Assembly: GCA_973895155.1 (NCBI GenBank)
Contig: OZ316896.1
Span: 2,170,001 to 2,234,000, forward strand
Reading direction: 5' to 3'
From: Marsupella aquatica
Lineage: Eukaryota; Plantae; Marchantiophyta
DNA length: 64,000 nucleotides
The position numbers were made by a program, and so were the translations under genes. The notes beneath the pieces were generated by a model, which ran no database searches, was not told the DNA's origin, and worked only from the letters and a program-made list of their open reading frames with translations. Below are positions 37,973 to 51,016 of the stretch, piece after piece. How positions within the stretch are numbered: the first letter of the stretch is position 1; every line of letters begins with the position of its first letter.

Positions 37973-38407
37973 CAGCTACCATGTCTTGTTGTCACTCAAA
38001 GATTGCAACTCCCTCTGCATTGCTGCATTTCACTCATGCTTTTGCTCTGAAGCACAAGCCTCACTGTACGAAGAAGGCTCTCCTTCTTCCAAGATCAAAG
38101 CCATGTCATCATCATCAGGTGCAATGTCAATATCATCTAGCTTAGATGAGTCTGCCCATTGACCATACCTGGTAGGAGCTCTAGTAGAACGACTGGAAGT
38201 TCTTCTAGTAGATGACTTAGGCTGATCTGCTGCTGCTGCTGGTTGAATTTGAGGTACCCCAGCAACAATCTGCTCCTCTTGTTCCATCACAGGAACCAGC
38301 TCCAAGCCCGGAGCTTCTCCATTTTTCCTGTCATGAACAGCATCATGACTAATCTCCCCCTCAACCCGGTCCGGGATGGGAGATTTTCCCTTGTCAGTAT
38401 GGGAGTC

Positions 38408-39690
38408 CTAAGAACTCTCGCCCTCCTTTGATGATCTGGATTCATTAAATGACACATCTCTACTGACAATTAGTTTACAGGTTACTGGATCCCATAACTT
38501 ATAACCCTTCACACCTTTCTGATAGCCAAGGAAAATGCATTTCTTCGACTTGGACTCCAGCTTGGATCGAAGCTGGGAAGGTGTAAGCACATAAGCATCA
38601 CATCCAAAAATCCTCAGATGTGAGTAATTTGCTGGACGCCCGTACCTCATTTCAAATGACATCTTGAATCCAATAGAACTGGATGGAGAAACATTTACCA
38701 AATAAGCTGTAGTGTTGACAGCTTCAGCCCAAAACTTATGTGGTAAGCATGATTGACTCAATATACTCCTCGAGCGGTCCAATAGTGTTTGGTTGAGTCT
38801 CTCAGAAACACCATTCTACTGAGGAGTATAACTTGTTGTGAGATGGCGGGTAATCCCTTGCTCCTTACAATACGTTCCAAATTCACTAGAACTGTATTCA
38901 CCACCGTTATCCGATCGTAGATATCTCACCTTATTACCAGTCTGATTCTCAACTTGGGCTTTCCACTCCTTAAAAGTGGCAAAAACATCAGACTTATTGT
39001 GTAGAAAGTATATCCACACATACCTTGAGTAATCGTCTATGAATGTGACATAGTATAACCGTCCAGAATGTGAGGGAGTAGGGGCTGGCCCACACATCAC
39101 TATGTACATACTCAAGTACCTTCTTGCTGGTGTGAGTTCCAACTCCGAAGGGTTTCCTGTGCTGCTTCCCTAGCACACAGTGCTCACAAAATTCCAACTT
39201 ACAAGATTGCAAATTAGAAAGTAATCATTTCTTCTGAAGAATAACCAAACCTTTTTCACTCATGTGGCCCAAACGGAAGTGCCACAGCCGGGCCGTCTCC
39301 TCATGAGATAAGGTTACATTGGCTTCATCACAGACTACACTGCCCTCCAAAATGTATAGATTGCAATGTCTCTTTCCCTTCAATACAACTTTAGTACCAG
39401 TTGAAACCTGAAGAACACCATTAGCAGAACTCCATTGATGGCCATTTGCTTCTAAAACTCCAAGTGAAATGAGATTTTTCATCATGCTGGGAATATGTCT
39501 TACATTTCTCAACGTTCTCACAGCACCATCAAACATCTGAAATCTTACAGATCCAAGTCCAACAACTTGTCATGGGATTCCATTTCCCATCAACACTGAC
39601 CTGTTGGAAACCGTGTAAGAACTAAAATAATCTCTCCTAGAGCAAATGTGAAAAGTACATGCACCATCTAGAATCCAGTCATCACTACCT
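38408..39690 (-). pseudogene. Copia protease / GAG-pre-integrase / integrase, frameshifted with stops
   Basis: DWILDGACTFHIC (about 39645-39680), LWHFRLGHMSEKGL, CEHCVLGKQ, VHSDVW, FIDDYSR, LRSDNGGEY, FWAEAVNTT, KCIFLGY...KGYKLWDP spread over different frames. Confidence 0.9.
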
Positions 39691-39809
39691 GGATTTGATA
39701 CTACGTTGAGAGCATAACCTTGACATCACAATATGTCATCATCATCGAGTAAATCTACCTCATGCGAGCTTGATGTCGCATTAGCAGATGCAGTAGGGAC
39801 CTTTACTCG

Positions 39810-40765
39810 ACAATCCCTTTTCATGTGGCCAGACTTGCCACAATTCCAACATGCAAAAGGCTTCCTCTCTTGCGATTTCCCTCTGGATTTAGATCTCCCC
39901 CGTGATGTAGATCTTTCGTGCGTTGCGCTGCTCTTCCCCGATTCACGTTCATCGTAGTGCCAGAAGAAGATGCTATCTGTGATTGACCCAGCTTCTTCTG
40001 AGCATCATCAGACAGTAAAGAGCTCACCACCTCATTATATGAAATAGACTTCAGGTCTCTGTACAAGAGCACCTGTTTCAAGCCCTGATATGACGGCTGT
40101 AAGGAGCTTAGCAGAAGCAAGGCCTTATCCTCATCTTCAACTCTTTTTCCCAGGTTTGATAGATCCACTGCTAGACTATCAAACTCATCCAGGTGATCTT
40201 GCACCTTGCTCTCTTCCTTGAGCCTGAGGCTCATCAAGAGAGACTTCTTGTACAGCCGGTCTGACGCATCTTCCCGGTAGTACTTCTCTCTTAGAGCCTT
40301 GAATAGTGACGCGCAATCCGCATAATCATCCAGTTGCTTGATGATGTGCGGCTTGAGATATAGCATCACTGCATTGACAACAATCACCTGCTCCTGTCTC
40401 CACTGCCTCACAGAAATCTCCTCCTCTCCATCATACTGCTCTCGCGAAGAAAGCAGATGAGCTAAGCCCATGGCCCGTAGAACACCCTTCACTTGCTTCT
40501 TCCAAAGCAAGTAATCAATACGACCATCGTACTTCTCCACCTCAAACTTCACTCCTCCAAATCTAGCCATCTCCCTCTTCTTCCCTACTACCGACAGCTC
40601 TGGTAGTAGTACAGCTTCCTCCACTGCACGCCGCACCGGTGATTGTACCAGTGTTACAAGTTCCTCCTCAAATGGTAGCAGCTCCTCCTCAGACTCACCG
40701 TCTGACCGTCGCAATCCTGAAGCTCCACCGACGCCAATTCTTCCAATATCCTTAGAGTCACTCAT
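39810..40765 (-). pseudogene. Copia gag with a frameshift before the CCHC zinc knuckle
   Basis: VKFEVEKYDGRIDYLLWKKQVK and EDEDKALLLLSSL; CWNCGKSGHMKRDC lies in a shifted frame at about 39810-39851. Confidence 0.88.
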
Positions 40766-42474
40766 ATAAAACAATCACAAAAAAATGTCTTTTTTCAAAA
40801 CTTCTCACAAAACTCAAAACTCAACACCGCCGCGTAGCCCACGAAGCTAGGAGTCCAATACCGAAAGCCGAAATCAAAATCAAAATTTGACGGAAAAGTT
40901 ATTATAATTTCGGTCGGGGTGGGTAAAACCTTGGGAAACTCCCCCGTTTTGACCACCTCGGAGAATAACCAAAATACCCAATACAACCCGTCGTCGGAAT
41001 CGCAATGTGATCGATGCGCCGCGTTGCTAACTCCAGTGGCAACGTCCTCACCAAAAAAGAACCAAAAAAGTTACCGTTTGGCGGACGGAATCTTTATCGA
41101 ACGGCCGAAAAACAACTCTATGTTTTTTGAGAATATTCCCGCACAGTCCGACAGGTCTCACAGGGGGCCGTTCCCCCTGTCGGAGCGGTTAAAACGGAGG
41201 GCGGCAGGTCCCGGCTCCAAGTAAAACAAGAAAGAAGGAAAAAGGTTAAAACCGGGCCCTAAAGGGGTCCTTAGTGTCCCTTAATCCTAAAATACAAGGT
41301 ATAAAAAAAGGCGGGCCAGGCCCGTCGAGGGTTGAGGAGGGGAAAATACAGGGAGAAATACGCCGGCAGGGCGCGAGCCGGTAGGGAGGGCGCGGGGGTT
41401 CGCAAGGGCAGGTTATCGGCTGCCAGCGGCAGGGCACAGCCGCTTCGCGGCAGTAGGCAGCACGATGGCGGAGGCGTATACGGGCTCGCTTAGGGTCCGG
41501 GGCGCGGGGCCATGCGGGCTCACAAAGGAAATGTGCGTCGGAGGGCCGGCCGTCGCAAGGGCGTACATGGTGGTCGCGGGGGGGCGCGGGGAGGTAGTGC
41601 CGGTCAGCTGCCGGGCGGCAGCAATCGCGCCGGCCGGCGCTGCGCAGGGGCCTTGTAATACGGGGTGCGGGGAGGGGGGGAAACAAATACACAGGGGGAG
41701 GAGTCGGGGCCTGAGGTACGAGGTGTGTGTATACACCTTGTATACACACACAGGGACCAAACCCCCTTTAAACGCCAAAAATGACCCCCCCAAGCAAAAA
41801 TCAGTCACACACCTTAATTGCCGTTGATTTAAACGAGAAAAGTGAATGCCGCCGACGGGAAATGCTGCCGAATTGCACCGGCACAGTCTGCAGCTCCAGC
41901 AGAGTAAATTATTTCCGCCGCGTCGCCTTCACTCCGCGTCAAGTGCCAATCCCGGGCTCAAAACGACCGCCTCGCCGTGATCAAACCGTTGAGCCGTGGC
42001 ACTTCGCGTCCCTTCCAACAAGTCGGACGTCACGAAGGGAAACCGGATTCAGATGAGAACAAGCTCCATAGCTTGTGAAAAAACCTGAACGCCTCCTTCA
42101 CTCGTCATGACGCACTCGGTAACAACTCAGCAGCAATCCAACTACCAAAACGACCAGCTCACTTCAACCTTCAACATGAGCTATAATGTACGATCCCTCC
42201 CGCACCGCACAGCTCACACCGTTGAAAAACGCGAACTCTGGTCTCTCCCCCGAAATACCGTCGAACACGAATAAACCCTGAACGACGCAAACTTCGATTC
42301 CTCCGCACCACGGATACCGATCAGCGAGTTCTAACCATTGTCAGAAAGCCCTCTCACTAACCTATCCGCACAGCCACACACATTCAAGTTTCATGCGACG
42401 AAACTCCGAATGTGCCACCGACAATGAACACTGGAAAAACCTGTCACGAAATAACCTCGTCACCTCCCAGGTAT

Positions 42475-42486
42475 GCTCTGATACCA
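42475..42486 (-). promoter_or_regulatory. Primer-binding site complementary to initiator tRNA-Met
   Basis: TGGTATCAGAGC on the minus strand, 2 nt inside the LTR end. Confidence 0.92.
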
Positions 42487-42488
42487 CT

Positions 42489-42836
42489 TGTTGAGCATAG
42501 ACGACATTCGTAACGGCAAGCCCATGAACCATCCAACGCACAATAGTCGACACAGAGAGATACGTGGTTCACCTCCACATGAGGCTACGTCCACGGGAAC
42601 ACACAAGAGCTTTACTGCACTCTAGGCCGACCGGCCATCCCAAGCATCCACAGCACAAGCTCTCCCTATCTCTCAACTAGCTCCGTAACAATGAGCCTAA
42701 GTTCCACCTGTCAGGGTCTGACATCAGCCCTAGCTATATGCACACCAGCACTACCGCTAACATTAGCTAAGTCCTAACCCGAGTTAGACTAACTGTGGTT
42801 AGCTCATGAGTCACAAGACTAGAGCAATATCTAACA
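42489..42836 (-). repeat. 5' LTR of the copia element (~348 bp)
   Basis: TGTTGA...CTAACA termini adjacent to the PBS; homologous relics occur at 14.7-17.4 kb. The outer end cannot be confirmed without a second LTR. Confidence 0.78.
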
Positions 42837-44746
42837 AAAACATGGTACACACATTTCATCATTTTTAGTATTTTTTCCTGAAATTGGGAACAAAGTCTCA
42901 TGGTAGAGAAGAAGACTGTGAGAGAAGTATTGGACCCTTCTCCTTTTATATGACCAGCCGTAGTTTAAAACACAAGGTCTTCACATTGTTTAGAATAATT
43001 TCTTTCTCTTAATTATGAAAAGAGATGGACTTTCTCTCAAGTGGTAAAAATTCCTTGAACTTCGCTAAAGATGCACAAAATTAATATCTCAACTTCGTTG
43101 GGAGTAAGATCTATGAGATAACAAATATTAAAAACAGTAAGTGTAGTGCAAATCTAAACTCAGTTAGGAGTACTATCTCTGAGATAACGATATTAAAAAC
43201 AGTAAGTGATGTGCCAAAATTAATTCAAAATCTAAATAATGAAAATTACACACCTACAAGGCTCATTGAAATAAAAATACACTAAGTGCTAGGCCAAAAT
43301 AGTTTCAAATTCTACAGAATGGTAATGATACACCTTGTTAAGGCACATTAAAATAAAAATACACAACAGAGAGTATGAATTAAGACAAAATCTGGAAAGG
43401 TGAATTCACCATATATAACCAATATTCACCATATACCACCTATTCTTCCCCTTGTGCAACGCTTGAAATTGAGTCATTTATATTGCTTTATGTTAAACAA
43501 TTATTTTGATATATCGAAACATGATATGATAGTACGAGCCCTATGCTCATGCGTTGCACAGCGCAAGGAAGCCTGTCCATAGGGAGTCAGGCCGAAGAAT
43601 TTATGGGGCGCGTGGGGAAGCACATATGCGCCAGGGGTGTCCATTTTCACCATCAATGCTCAGAGAAAACAGCCAAATGAATCTAACGGCTGTGGATCTT
43701 TCCCGCCCAGGAGCTTTTTTGTATTGGAACGAAGGATGAAAAAATGCGGGATCCTTTATTATAGTTGTAGATAGCTCATACATGTTTTTGAATAAGTTAA
43801 AATAGGAATCTATTAGAATGTGGAGTGTGTAAAATAGAAAAAGACAAAAGACCATTCACTAAGTAAATCTAATAAACCCAAATGGGATATGATAATATAG
43901 CTTCTATATTTTGAATAATAATCTATAACAGTAAGGTATTAAAGTGAACAATACGGGATCGTGTCACCTCGAAAAAGATAAAGGGCCACTTGATAAAAAG
44001 GGCCAAAAAAGTAAAGGCAAAAAGAGATCCAAAGTACCCCCAAAAAAAAGAGAAAAAAAGGAGAGAAAAAAAGAGGTCCAGAGTACAAACACCACACTCC
44101 AACGAAGAGCGCACATGAAGAAAAACTGTCGACACTGTAGTGGTGACGATTCTGTACGACTTTGTTAATATGCTTTGGTTTGTCTGAATTGTGGGTTCGA
44201 AGCAGAGGAGAGAGTTGATTGCTCTGCTGATCAGGTTGACTTTTACTTCATTTCCATTTTCCTCCGATCTCTGCAGCAACAGAGCAGCACTCGTGTGGGG
44301 ATGGCCTTCACATTTCCCGACTCCCGAGTGACTCATTCATCACCCAAACACTATAAATCAAGGCAGAATGTTGGAGAAATGCGGATCCTCATGCGTCTCT
44401 TCTCCCAGGAGCAATCGACGTTGGTGGGTCCTCCCACATGTTGCTTGTTGCAGCTCTTTTTTGTTGCTCATTGGATATGCTCTGGTGACAGCTTTCTTCC
44501 CTAAGCACGAAATCAGACTGCTGACTGCACTGACGGAGTGAGTGTCTCTCTGAGTGTCTCTCTGAGTGAGTGGAGGCAGGGAGAAAACTATGTGTCATGT
44601 TCTTGAATCACGAAGCACGAGGAGTTGGCAGAAAGAAACACATGCCTAATGTTCTGTAGAATTATGAAGCACGAGGAGGAGCTACAGTGGAAGCGGGAGT
44701 AGAAGGAAACGAGGGAGGACGACGAGAACGAGTGGGAGAAGTGCAG

Positions 44747-45873
44747 GTAATGATTTTCATACTTAGTGAGTGACAGTGATGAATCTTTATGGATTTTTTG
44801 GACTCCAGATCTCTATGTGGAGGTCTCTATGAGCGGTTTCTACAGAGCGTGTAGTCCCCAACATTACCGTCGGAGAGATGATGAATTGGACTGCGCATTC
44901 TATAGGTGTCTGGACTAAGAGGGTCCAATTAAGTGATTTATCACTGAATTCGAGTACCCTCTCTTTGCAAAACCTCTCGTGTCACAGACGGAGAAGAGCA
45001 AAAAGAAGAAGCGTTGTGGACAGTGCATCCAGCCGTGCTTCGTGGGGGAAATGCCAGATACAAGGTTGTTTTGCGTGTGGGAAAAACAAACAAAACGTTT
45101 ATTCCTAAATTGCTCGAGGAAGTAATGGATTTGTTTCTTTTGTGTTCTCTTCCTTGTTGAATGGCAGTGACTAAATTTTCATTCACAGACTTGGATGATT
45201 CGTTTAGCTGGGCTACCTGGAGTAGATCCTGGTCCCATATCATTTCGCTGTGCAATATGGAAATTTGGAAATCAAATGGGTGCCCATTTGTTTGCAAATC
45301 GTGAAGAGTTTGTTCATGAACTTAACTAGTGTTGCGGTATGAACCTTCCTTTTACGGAAGACCTGGAAAAGATCGAAGTATGTCGTTTGAGCCTCCTGAA
45401 ATTTTGTTGTAAATTAGTTGCTGTGTGAGGTGGCTGCGTTTAGAAATCTTTGGACGCTAATCCAAACCTCCCTTTTCGTTCCCGTTCCTATTGGCAAGAG
45501 CTGCGAACACAGGTAAGTAGATTGGTGCAATCATTGCGTTGCAGAAAGATGGTGGGTTCCAGTAAACATTGGGGCACTTGCAGTGACGGACACTCTAGAT
45601 TTAGTTTGTGTGGTCCCAGCTTGGTGTTACCCTTGCTTTGGGGAGCTCCCAGAATATTTTTTCTCCACTTTTTCATCGTTTACTAAACCAACACGTTCGA
45701 GGATTAAAAAACAGAAAAAGAAAAACGTCAAGTTTCTGAACATCCTCGTCTGTTTCTTTCGCTTCCCAGCTTTCTGAACTAAAAACCCGGGGCAAGGGAA
45801 AGATTCTCAGGAAACTGATTGATTAGATCAAGGTTTTCGCTGTTTACTTATCGTTGCTTCCACTTTGTTGCAG
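44747..45873 (+). other. Putative 5' UTR intron of the CYP704 gene
   Basis: Strong donor CAG|gtaatg at 44747 after a GA-rich leader, and a pyrimidine-rich acceptor ctttgttgcag| at 45873, 62 nt before the ATG. Confidence 0.45.
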
Positions 45874-45935
45874 AAGAGTTGCGTCGACCGTTTGATATTG
45901 GATCTGGCAGTCAGAGGGAAAAGACATTCAAGCTT

Positions 45936-48900
45936 ATGACGATGGAGGAGACCAATTCTTCAAGGACAGGAGGGATCACTTCAACCCAAGATCCTGACAA
46001 CATTCCAAGCGGAGGATGCCCTTTTCACAACATAGACTGGGCAACCGTTGTGCCATGGAAGAATATGGTTGTTGTCCTCTCAGCTATCTTGGTATACTTC
46101 TGGATTCATCAATTGTCCCGGAGAAACAGGCCAGGGCCAAAGAGCTGGCCGTTAGTTGGAAGTGTGCCTCTACTACTTAAGAATTGGCAACGGTTCTATG
46201 ATTTCTTGCTGGAGTATTTCGAGAAAGGACATGACGTTATCTGGATTTCTCTCTCCTTCGGCCTTGAAGGCATCTATCTCGCAGAGCCAAGCCTGGTTGA
46301 GTACGTGCTCAAGACGAATTTCTCCAATTACCCCAAGGTTCGTTTGTTTGCCATTCGCTTCTGTATGAGAATGGCTGGATGAATGAAGGACTGTACCTTA
46401 TTTGGGATACGATAACTCAAATACCAGGTTAAACTGGCAACCAATAGTGCGCTCTGATATCGTACCATGGTATCGTATTGCCACTTTTACCTCCTTTTCC
46501 AATTCACCGCTTGCCCCATTCGATCAGGGGATCAATGAAGAATTTCAAGCAGAAATATTTGATTGATTTGGGAAATTCGAGTAGTTCAGCTGAAAAGACT
46601 TCGCTCTGTAGTTTCATGTCCGTGTTCCATTCATCTATTCTAGTCACTGGTCCCGACCTTGGTGTATCCTTGTTCTGCCTTGGAATAAAGGGACGCTTGA
46701 TAACGCAACACACGGAGGAGCTCCTCGGCAACGGAATCTTCAACTCAGACCACCAGACATGGAAGTTGCAGCGCAAAGTTGCCAGCTTGGAGTTTTCATC
46801 AGCAGTTCTACGAGACTTCAGTCATGCTGTTTACAAGGGCAATGGCGTGAAATTACTCCGCATTATCTCCGAGTTTTCCGAGTCCAACCGGTCTATGGAT
46901 CTTCAGGTATCGTACAATACACTACTGTTCAATCAAACCTCCTCTTGCAGTTCACAAATTGGGAGTTCTAGACTTGGTTGGTCGGTCTTCAAAGTGAGAA
47001 ATAGATGTTTCAGGGTGTTAACCTGAGCCTTCAAGGGCGAAAACTACAGCCTTCTTGTTTGAGCGCCGTCTTGTTCAGAAGATCCCTGAGGAGATTTGTG
47101 GTGCTTGGTGCAGAATCTGTTTATGCGAATGACTCTGGACTCAACGGCCAAGCTGGGATTCGGAGTAGACCTAGGCTGCCTGTCCTTGTCACTACCAGCA
47201 GTGCCATTTGCAGCAGCTTTTGACCGGGCGAATGAGCTCTCTTATCATCGTTACATCGATCCTTGGTGGAAATTGAAAAGGAGACTGAAACTTCGGGAAG
47301 AAAAGGAGCTTGATGACTGTCTGAAGGTGATGGACTCCTTTTCATATGATGTGATACGGAAGCGGAGAGAAGATATGAATACTTCAGAGGTTTCCGGGAA
47401 GATGGTGAGTTTTGTTCTTACACACGGGAACTCACTTCCAGCCGGACAGGAAAAAATAATATGACTTTGCAGCTCTTGAAATGTCTAATCTCTGAGCTCT
47501 TTAGCAAGAAGTGGCTAGGAAAGTTTGTATATCCCGAGCTGAGGATGAAATTAGTTTCGTATTAGATTTCAAGAGGGCCGATGTCTTATCTCCTGCGCGT
47601 TGAGTGATTGGTTTATTTCTAGAAGGTGATTCAGAGCCAAACTGTTTTTCAAGCACAGTTTTTTTTAATTTGCGTTTAAGGTTATTCTTAGAAAGGCACT
47701 CCTTTGATATCCTCGGAGATGGTTATCTACAATTTGGAGAATGGTTTTCCGTTTTCTTTTGCAGGAAGAGCATCGGTTGGCAGTTGGGATAGATCCTCTT
47801 GAATAGGAACCAACTTAACAGCTATTGTTTTGTTCCATCTTTGCAGACAAAGCCGGATTTATTGTCTAGGTTCATGTCGCTGACAATCGGAGATAACGAA
47901 ACCTTCTCGGACCAAGCTTTGAGAGATGTCATATTGAATTTCATCATTGCTGGACGGGACACAACGGGGCTCTCCATGAGCTGGTTTTTGTACATGCTCT
48001 GTCTGCATCCAGAAGTTGAGGAGAAAATTTTGGAGGAAATTCAGACTCTGGAGAAGGAAGAAGGTCCTGCACTTTGTGGTGAGGAATCAGGTGACCATTA
48101 CACAAAATTCGCCGAGGTTCTGACGTACCGGAACTTGAGTAAATTGCAGTATTTGCATGCAGCTCTAAGCGAGACTCTTCGATTATATCCAGCCGTCCCA
48201 ATGGTGAGGCGTTACTTCATCGTGAAGGCGGCATTTGTTTTGTCAAACTCTATCTCTGCAGGATTATGATTTCTCGTTGGATTTCTTTCTGGATGTGTGT
48301 TTTGGGAGTTTTTGTTGGGATACCGAAGTGACGATCCCATTTTTAGTTGGAGGTAGAAAGTCGACTCTAAGCTCTTGACTTGTGAACAGGATGGAAAAAC
48401 AGCCCTGGCTGATGACGTACTGCCCAATGGCACAAGGATTAGGAAAGGGATTATGGTCACTTACAGTTCATATATCATGGGCCGAATGGAGAAGATCTGG
48501 GGCCCAGACGCAAAAGAGTTCAGGCCTGAGCGGTGGCTAAAAGATGGCATGTTCCAGCCTGAATCTCCGTTCAAATTTGTCACCTTCCATGTACGTTACC
48601 TGTTGCTTTTCATCACTCAGCTGGTTTGATCTGTCACCGTCTCTTATATGTCTGACTCAAGTTGTAAATTGAGACCAACGAGTTCTGTCACCAGTCTTAT
48701 CATATGCCTGAAAGGATACGGAACCTTGTAGCGAAAAGGATGCATAGAATATAAGCTTATGTAAAGTAAGCGATAGGAAGGGTATATTTATTTCTTGTCA
48801 AATCCAGACTTGGCAAAACTGGCCTGCAATGGCTGTACATACGCGTTCCTGTATGTTGAACCTTCCAGAAACTTGAAACTCTTTGTACTGTGAGGGCAGC

Positions 48901-49151
48901 AACTTCACGCTTGTTGCACAATTTCTAGGCACAGAGTTGCTGATTCGGTTTGTTTCATCTATCTATGACTTCAGGCAGGACCGAGGGCATGCTTGGGGAA
49001 GGATTCAGCTTACCTGCAAATGAAATTGACATCAGCATTGCTCGTGAAGTTTTTCAAATTCCAACTGGTGCCCGGCCATAAAGTACAATACCGAACAATG
49101 TTTGTTCTGACCATGAGAAGGGGCATCAAAGTCGTAGCTTCTCCTCGTTGA
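45936..49151 (+). CDS. CYP704: Cytochrome P450, CYP86 clan, CYP704(B)-like fatty-acid omega-hydroxylase; exons 45936-46337, 46691-46906, 47114-47404, 47847-48203, 48390-48590, 48975-49151 (547 aa)
   Basis: TM anchor plus GPKSWPLVG, VLKTNFSNYPK|G, LLGNGIFNSD, W..QRK.AS.EF, I-helix NFIIAGRDTT, ETLRLYPAVP, FRPERWL and heme motif FHAGPRACLGKDSAYLQMK. All introns are GT-AG, phase 0. Confidence 0.93.
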
Positions 49152-49850
49152 TCGCCGACCTTCATGCCACCCACCATATGGACCGAGATTGGGGTTCGGA
49201 GAACTGAAAAAAAAGCTACTGTGCCGTCTTTGATGTCTAGCTTGGGAACGTCTTACGCAACATTACCAAAGCTACCAGACCAGATCTATCCGGAAAATGT
49301 GTCATACCCTATCAGAAAAAAGAGCTTGCTTCCAAAGAGTCCCCGCTTGATCCTTGTCTGGAAGTTTTCATCAGAAACCTGAGTACTCTGTAAATAGCGT
49401 TAATGAAGTGGTCATTTACGTAACGCCCAGCTGCACCGCATTGAGAGGTGGTTTCTTGACGAAACCCCCAGCCGCTGGTAGCCTACTAAGCTGGATGGAA
49501 TTTGCAACCAAATGCACTTCATTGTGAGTGGTGGAACATGTTGGTTGGCAGTTGTTGGAGAAAGATGATATGGGTGTTCCACTCAATGGACCTGAAACCC
49601 AACAGGACGAGTTGAATTCAGCGCGGCTTTTCACTTTCTTGGTCAGCGCTCGGGTAGCCCCATTCCCTTTCACGGCTATGAACGCATGTAATCAACAGCT
49701 CATAGAAATTATAGTCTGGGTAATCTTCCCTAGTTTAACAGAATGGTAGTATACAAGTATAGGTACAGAAAGTAATGCCCAACACATTTGAGGGGGAACC
49801 TTACCGTCTCACCGTGCAATGGGTGGGCAGTCCGATTATCGGCTTACTGG

Positions 49851-50053
49851 AACAATCGAATCTGCCAGATATGTGGATGATGGTGGTTGTTGCGGAGAGG
49901 ATATTGCGGAGGTGGGTAGTCTGATTCCCGGCTTACTGGAACAATCAAATCTGCCAAGATGGTGGTGGTTGTTGGGGAGAAGAGAATGCAGACGGGTGAA
50001 CCTGTCCGATATTTGGATGGTGGTGGTTGTTGAGAGGGAAGAGAATGCAGACT
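49851..50053. repeat. Mosaic short direct repeats
   Basis: ggcttactggaacaatc.aatctgcca twice; gatggtggtggttgttg...gaagagaatgcagac twice. Confidence 0.7.
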
Positions 50054-50675
50054 AGTTTGGATCGTGATGTGGACTTAGACTAGTTCTCAAAGACGAGAAA
50101 TTCACGATCAATCCACACCAATGTTCAGCCGCTGTCGCGGGATTAGGCGATAGCTACATCGATTATACTAATATATGTGTACAGTGGAAAACGTGTATGA
50201 CGTCTTTTCCTGATAAAAAGGTTGGATACGCATTGTGGACAATTCACGTTTCCTTACAGTGACAGCGATTTGGGTAAATCATCCCTACTAGAGGGCTGAC
50301 CAGGTTTTTTCTAAGGTCTGGGGCTGTCAATTGGCTTGCCTAAGAAGAGTTGACGATCTCATGGTTCCATGCCTCATGAGGGGTGTCGATCACTGCTCGT
50401 ATCCATAAGGGTTTGAGTGGCTACAAGCCTAGGGTGTGTATCAAAGCTTTTGTCGAAATTGAACTAAAACCTCTAACAAAAATAACTGAGGATAACTAAT
50501 GCCATATAAGAGACACCTCAACTAAATCTTAGAGCAATAAAAGTTAGTTTTGTGATGTAAATTAATTCAACCTGTCCATGCTCCCAAACAGACTCACCCC
50601 CAAGCATCTGGCCCAATGCTCCCAAATACACTTACCCCCAAGACCTGGCTACCTGGTCCGTAGCCCAATATACAG

Positions 50676-51016
50676 GTATGTGAGTACACCTAGTACTTAG
50701 CCCAATGCTCTAGCACACCTGGTACATAGCCCTGGTACACATGTATATGAGTACACCTAGTACTTAGCTCAATGCTCTAGCACACCTGGTACATAACCCA
50801 ATTCTTAGGTATATGAGCATGAGGTGTGATGATCAAGTACAATTCTCTGGTAAACCAGAGAGGTGTGGTGACCAAGTACAATTCTCCCTGGTACATAGCC
50901 CAATTCTTAGGTTTATGAGCATGAGGTGTGATGATCACGTACAATTCTCTGGTAGGCCAGAGAGGTGTGGTGACCAAGTACAATTCTCTGGTAGGCCACC
51001 GGAGCACAATTCTCTG
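50676..51016. repeat. Compound tandem repeats (~66-bp x2 and ~100-bp x2 with ~38-bp subunits)
   Basis: tgagtacacctagtacttagc.caatgctctagcacacctggtacata twice; gaggtgtg.tga.ca.gtacaattctc four times. Confidence 0.85.

Larger units (their letters stand above)
36515..42836 (-). mobile_element. Degenerate Ty1/copia LTR retrotransposon (Tnt1/Tork-like) with 5' LTR only
   Basis: Order on the minus strand is LTR, PBS, long leader, gag, zinc knuckle, protease, integrase, RT, RNaseH. Several stops and frameshifts are present. No second LTR is visible. Confidence 0.93.

Noticed and set aside
41246-41827. Overlapping Pro/Arg/Ala-rich ORFs in the copia leader (env-like or extra ORF)
   Set aside because: Expected from high GC content; open in several frames and with no domain features.
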